Of a DNA stretch of 29,306 bases, positions 26,201 through 29,306 are shown one piece after another. Below the pieces are notes generated by a model. It had not been told where the DNA came from. It did not search any database and saw nothing but the letters and a program-made list of their open reading frames with translations. Source of the DNA: a virus. Its lineage: Duplodnaviria > Heunggongvirae > Uroviricota > Caudoviricetes. A program made the position numbers and the translations under genes. The stretch's first letter is position 1. Every line of letters begins with the position of its first letter. The stretch is from positions 1 through 29,306 of IMG/VR virus record IMGVR_UViG_3300025723_001543. One strand, 5' to 3'.

Positions 26201-27429
26201 CTTCAACTGAAGATAAAATTATAAAGTTCCATGTTGGCGGAACTTTAGCTGAAAATCAAATAGCATCGTTAGATACAACAGGTCTATATGTTGATGGTGA
26301 TATTACAGCTGTCAATTACTATGGAACTTTAAAAGGAACTGCTAACAATACTCTTTATGTTGGTTCAGTAACAGCTGCTAATGTTGTTTCTAATTCTCAG
26401 CTATCGAGTAATTTAGCTAACTATCAAACTCTTGCAGGATTGTCTTCAAATGTTGCTAAGTTAACATCAAATAATACCACATATGCATATGGCAAAACTG
26501 AAATTGGTTTGAACGTCAACACCGCATTGGTATCAAACAATACCACATATGCATATGGCAAAACTGAAATTGGTTTGAACGTCAACACCGCATTGGTATC
26601 AAACAATACTCTTTATGTTGGTTCAGTAACAGCTGCTAATGTTGTTTCTAATTCTCAGCTATCGAGTAATTTAGCTAATTATGCATTACTCTCTGGAGCT
26701 ACATTTACTGGACCAGTTATTGTAAATGCTAACTTAACAACAAATTCTATCTTTACAGTTGGAAATGCAACAGTTAATACCGTTATATCTGGTTCAACCA
26801 TAACAACTTCCAATTTAATTAGCAAATACGTTATCGCTAATGGATCATCAGGAAGTTCAAAACAAGTATTAATGTCGGGTGGAAATTCTGCTAATGTTTA
26901 TTGGCAGTGGACAAATCAACATTTTGCATTAGGTGCTAATCTATCATTAAATGCTACATCAACGTCTGCTCAAAGTTTATTTGGTGTTGGTGTTCAAGTT
27001 GCTAATAATTCAAGATATGCTATTTCAATGATAGGTACTATGGCATCTACAGGTGGTGGTCCAGCTGGTGCAGGCAATATAGGATTTGGTTTTGGTGGTA
27101 CAGCAAATTTATCAAGCGTGTATTATCAAACTACTACGTCAGTTGATACCACTGAAACTGGTGGAGCAGCACCTCAATTAGCCGCTTTCAGATTAACGAG
27201 TAATTTTATTGCAAATTCATCCGTCAATCAAGTAACTAATTTTAATAAGGCATATATGATGTTTAATGTTCAAGGTATAATAAGTGTTGCAAATGGCGGA
27301 ACATTAATTCCACAATATGATTCAGATCATGCACCATCAACGCTTACCCTTCTTGCTCTTTCATCTGTTACTTTAGAACTTCTTGGTGATGATAGTATAG
27401 CTAATTCTGTGACCGGAAATTGGGCATAA
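23290..27429 (+). CDS. Large tail fibre / virion structural protein
   Basis: 1379 aa; GGGEVNLRYLDD motif; N/S/T/G-rich beta repeats; LG...RF.ELW motifs. Confidence 0.75.
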   Translation: MDEKKFLENFAKMLGTSAQEELKKIEEKKIKEENLLKNFDSTLSKISKPIIEKVIIEPPMAKNVIIQKPLVEADNLISQAVSAINIPVDAKKTEFDLINSSLRKEMDIIKKNVTDFHKIIHEQSRKIALAGSSHGGGEVNLRYLDDIDRSTIMQGHFLTYDDTKRKFIFSQIAEGNVDLSNIDQNLIPGANNVYNIGSPSDYWNNLYIDHINLNAGILANNSLGSSYQVLTSNSVGAYWNNPNYLLSENNNRINYDNNGVLLTGSIVPNTSVMYSLGNTTSYWNNLYTNSISVPNGSLLTSTLLVSPVINNANLDHIVVYSTDSTSIPIGTYGNANEIPAPWSVYQLTTTPSPVLQVNDLVAGTGVPLNNHIAFIGTGSYANLIIANTTFTVAPPANGTLLTITRDVINPSFSITTIANTNIALTPGYNGVIIVNADIIPVTTNTNRLGTPAKRFKELWLGPGTLYVADETLGVDQALGAKDGNFYIKGGAGFNVGEFTFRDNQLAITDSNRDILFGSTLATGNVVFNRPIAVKTADTGKTSFSVSRAGLVNIVTPATILTTQAALSIAGANSEVSQPRNFTGTLLQGTAQDGQPARIAFDSFGSGTYVAIAGRAAGGTVQSPTQTIANDVLIRVTGQGWAADANTYVGSVGRINIAAAENFNSTSAGTKIVFQTTPVGSATIQTVTATVSSNGLSFVGNPTGAVTFPDNSVQNTAFNATNAVTRINVGTGLTQSGNVGIVGIDSTAVLSVTGTTNQIAVANIGGNYTLSLPQNLNTNAVVQFGSLTVNNFIVTGATTSAETLAISDKVLHLAYDSTTEEQLVGGGITLGNTSSSYYVSFLYDLNNYRWDTDGAGLKTNDLVAANSSISNIIVSNTAHFGAAYLTVGHDYPNAIIQVDDSLNSYAQIISQNHNTGTQASTDYVAVNDAGNDSSYYIDMGINSSNYSNTQWTISGPNDAYLYNANGNLTIGTSTEDKIIKFHVGGTLAENQIASLDTTGLYVDGDITAVNYYGTLKGTANNTLYVGSVTAANVVSNSQLSSNLANYQTLAGLSSNVAKLTSNNTTYAYGKTEIGLNVNTALVSNNTTYAYGKTEIGLNVNTALVSNNTLYVGSVTAANVVSNSQLSSNLANYALLSGATFTGPVIVNANLTTNSIFTVGNATVNTVISGSTITTSNLISKYVIANGSSGSSKQVLMSGGNSANVYWQWTNQHFALGANLSLNATSTSAQSLFGVGVQVANNSRYAISMIGTMASTGGGPAGAGNIGFGFGGTANLSSVYYQTTTSVDTTETGGAAPQLAAFRLTSNFIANSSVNQVTNFNKAYMMFNVQGIISVANGGTLIPQYDSDHAPSTLTLLALSSVTLELLGDDSIANSVTGNWA
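26344..26678 (+). repeat. Nested perfect duplications in the fibre gene: 77-bp direct repeat (26344-26420, 26602-26678) enclosing a 66-bp tandem pair (26473-26538, 26539-26604)
   Basis: Direct reading; encodes NNTLYVGSVTAANVVSNSQLSSNLAN and NTTYAYGKTEIGLNVNTALVSN. Confidence 0.92.
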
Positions 27430-27443
27430 TAAAAGTTTAAAAT

Positions 27444-27472
27444 AAAAAAGGCTCCAGTTTTTGGAGCCTTTT
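27444..27472. terminator. Bidirectional rho-independent terminator
   Basis: aaaaaaggctcca-gtttt-tggagcctttt between convergent genes. Confidence 0.85.
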
Positions 27473-27474
27473 CT

Positions 27475-27708
27475 TTACCAAGTATTTACAGTGCTACCTC
27501 GATGAGCACGTTTTACCTTTTTCAGCACATCTCGAAACCCAGAATCAGGTTTCCTGATACCCAAACGTGTTGGGTCTGCAAGAGTCATACTTACCAACAA
27601 CTGTTGCATATTAGGGTTTGCTTCTTTATAAGAATCCAACTCAGAGATAGGCATCGAAAGAATTGATTCTTCATTGGTATCCTTATTAAGGAAAGTGTAA
27701 TTAGCCAT
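27475..27708 (-). CDS. Conserved T4-like protein (FmdB-like, no Cys)
   Basis: M.NYTF.NK.T.E...ISELD.Y...NP...PDSGFRDVLKK. Confidence 0.7.
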   Translation of the reverse strand: MANYTFLNKDTNEESILSMPISELDSYKEANPNMQQLLVSMTLADPTRLGIRKPDSGFRDVLKKVKRAHRGSTVNTW

Positions 27709-27901
27709 TAAGACTTACACCCTTCTTGGCCCAAAATTTACGAACATCTTCGTTGTTTAGAGGATTCAATCCCTGTGCAAGCATATCTAGCTTGACTTGA
27801 TCACAAAGGAGAGGAGCCTTCTCATTTATGATCATTGTGTGATTGTTGTTTTTTGGATCATACTTATTCAACCCATCAACAATAAATACTGGTTCAGACA
27901 T
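27701..27901 (-). CDS. Hypothetical protein
   Basis: Overlap-coupled ORF in the operon. Confidence 0.7.
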   Translation of the reverse strand: MSEPVFIVDGLNKYDPKNNNHTMIINEKAPLLCDQVKLDMLAQGLNPLNNEDVRKFWAKKGVSLNG

Positions 27902-28076
27902 TTGTTAATTCTCTCTTTATTTTGTTGTGTAAACGGTTAAATGCTTTCTTATCACTCTCAAGCAAAAGTTGCATTACGAATTCCATACCTTGCTTCTTTC
28001 CTCTAAGATAATAGAGTACAGAAACAAACATGAGCATAAAGGTTAGTCCTGATGCAGCTGCAATAGTTTCAAACAT
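27894..28076 (-). CDS. Small N-terminally anchored membrane protein
   Basis: Hydrophobic N-terminus; coupled. Confidence 0.65.
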   Translation of the reverse strand: MFETIAAASGLTFMLMFVSVLYYLRGKKQGMEFVMQLLLESDKKAFNRLHNKIKRELTNV

Positions 28077-28264
28077 TAATCTTCCTCATATGACATGAGA
28101 CGATCCACATTCTTTGAACGTAAAGCATTTTCATAATTGCGATATTGTTTGTGTTCTTTGCTTCTCTTGATATCCTTAAGAGAAACTTCTTCCTCTTCCA
28201 TCAAGTAGGCATAACCTCCTTGATTCTTCTTCTTCATATCCGACTTTTTAATTTGTTTGCTCAT
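28076..28264 (-). CDS. Hypothetical protein
   Basis: Coupled ORF. Confidence 0.65.
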   Translation of the reverse strand: MSKQIKKSDMKKKNQGGYAYLMEEEEVSLKDIKRSKEHKQYRNYENALRSKNVDRLMSYEED

Positions 28265-28676
28265 CTGGAAGTAACCCTGGGAAAGCAGTTGCGACTAGGT
28301 TTTTAGTAAGTCCCTTAATAGGACTCTTCTTGTCTTTCATAGCAAGGACTAATTTTGCTTCTTCCTTGTTTATGTTTTCAAGAAGGCTGACGAAGATGGC
28401 TTCACGCTTTTTCTGAGTGATGGTATTATGCCCACCTTCTACAAAAAGATAAAACTTTCGGGCTTCGGTATAGAGTCTTCCCGGTTCTTCAAATTCTAAA
28501 GGATTGTACGGAGGATCACCCTTTGGCAACAAAAATTTGATATTAGGATCAAACATGTGCTTCAAAACTGCATAAATTGCAGGATGACCATTTGCACGTA
28601 GTGCTTGAATCTTTTCTTCTTTTTTTTCAAATTCACAACACTGTTGTAATGTATTATATATCGATGGTTTTGACAT
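28248..28676 (-). CDS. Conserved T4-like protein (DUF6433-like) downstream of rnh
   Basis: FDP...LP.G.PPY...L..E.RK.Y.F...KRE.IF..LLE....EA. Confidence 0.7.
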   Translation of the reverse strand: MSKPSIYNTLQQCCEFEKKEEKIQALRANGHPAIYAVLKHMFDPNIKFLLPKGDPPYNPLEFEEPGRLYTEARKFYLFVEGGHNTITQKKREAIFVSLLENINKEEAKLVLAMKDKKSPIKGLTKNLVATAFPGLLPDEQTN

Positions 28677-28679
28677 TTT

Positions 28680-29306
28680 TTAAAACTCGCCTACGTTTTC
28701 CATGAGATTTTTTAGTTTGTACTTTATGAAGTAGTTGAAGATTTTTGAACGATCTTTACCTGATTCTTCTTCGTATTTAGATAATACTTGCTCTTTAATA
28801 TGAACGGGAATCATCGATAAGTCAATCAATTGTTTGTTTCTTTCAAAAGGAATAGCATATTGTTGATCAGAATAATCATTGTACAACTGATCAATTTTCT
28901 TTTGAGTCAAAGGCTTCTGGCGTTTGTTACTAACAAAAGTATCACCATCAGAAAGTATGTTAGGTATGCCATCGCTGGAATCGCCCTTACAAATGTGTTC
29001 AAAAAGATATTTTTGCGGGTCGTTATGACTGATCCATTTTTTTCGTGTAGGATCATATTGATTCACATAAGAAAACTTGTGAAGTTGGATATAATCTTTA
29101 TCTCCTGAAAGAATAAGAATATCTTCACTTGAATCTGCATTCAATACCAAAGTAGCAATGATATCATCTGCCTCTGCAGATTCAATTTGAATCACACGAT
29201 AAGGAAAAAATTCACGAAGTTCTGACTTGATCTTGTTAAAAACTTCAAACACATGAGTCCAGTTAATCTCAGAAGCATCTCGTGTCTTCTTTCGATTAGC
29301 TTTATA
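28680..29306 (-). CDS. rnh: T4-type RNase H (5'-3' exonuclease), N-terminus outside the window
   Basis: YKANRK, EADDII, SGDKDY.QL, GD.SDGIPN, RN..LIDL; frame open to the window edge. Confidence 0.93.
   Translation of the reverse strand, partial: YKANRKKTRDASEINWTHVFEVFNKIKSELREFFPYRVIQIESAEADDIIATLVLNADSSEDILILSGDKDYIQLHKFSYVNQYDPTRKKWISHNDPQKYLFEHICKGDSSDGIPNILSDGDTFVSNKRQKPLTQKKIDQLYNDYSDQQYAIPFERNKQLIDLSMIPVHIKEQVLSKYEEESGKDRSKIFNYFIKYKLKNLMENVGEF

Noticed and set aside
26344-27429. Diversity-generating retroelement TR/VR pair
   Set aside because: Repeats are identical, with no adenine-specific mismatches, and there is no reverse transcriptase in the window
716-29108. Numerous antisense and alternate-frame ORFs in the track (e.g. 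10235-10768, 13833-14246, 14973-15395, 23061-23486)
   Set aside because: Shadows of well-supported genes; no SD or recognisable motifs
1-29306. Stop-codon reassignment
   Set aside because: Genes are intact under code 11, and TAA, TAG and TGA all end genes at expected positions

Overview
This is an AT-rich (~30% GC by eye) segment of a large T4-like (Tevenvirinae-related or jumbo) myovirus genome. Supporting markers are T4-type RNase H, ThyX, a gp30.2-like HAD phosphatase, TATAAATA late promoters and a 1379-aa fibre-like protein. An Omp25/RopB-type beta-barrel suggests an alphaproteobacterial (Hyphomicrobiales-like) host. The window holds nine CCA-encoding tRNA or tRNA-like genes scattered among accessory genes, a ~7 kb sugar-modification and glycosyltransferase operon, several envelope-directed genes, and an HNH endonuclease cassette. 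Five observations stand out. (1) The HNH cassette has inserted into thyX, supplied a replacement C-terminus and left the original thyX tail stranded downstream. (2) A peptidoglycan-hydrolase mRNA has a 5' end complementary to its own terminator. (3) A non-canonical long-variable-arm tRNA has a UAU anticodon, and a tRNA-Thr has an A34 (AGU) anticodon. (4) The phage encodes a branched/methylated deoxysugar pathway. (5) Sigma70-type promoters have -35 and -10 arms that fold into hairpins. All family assignments are from motif recognition by eye; no searches were run.
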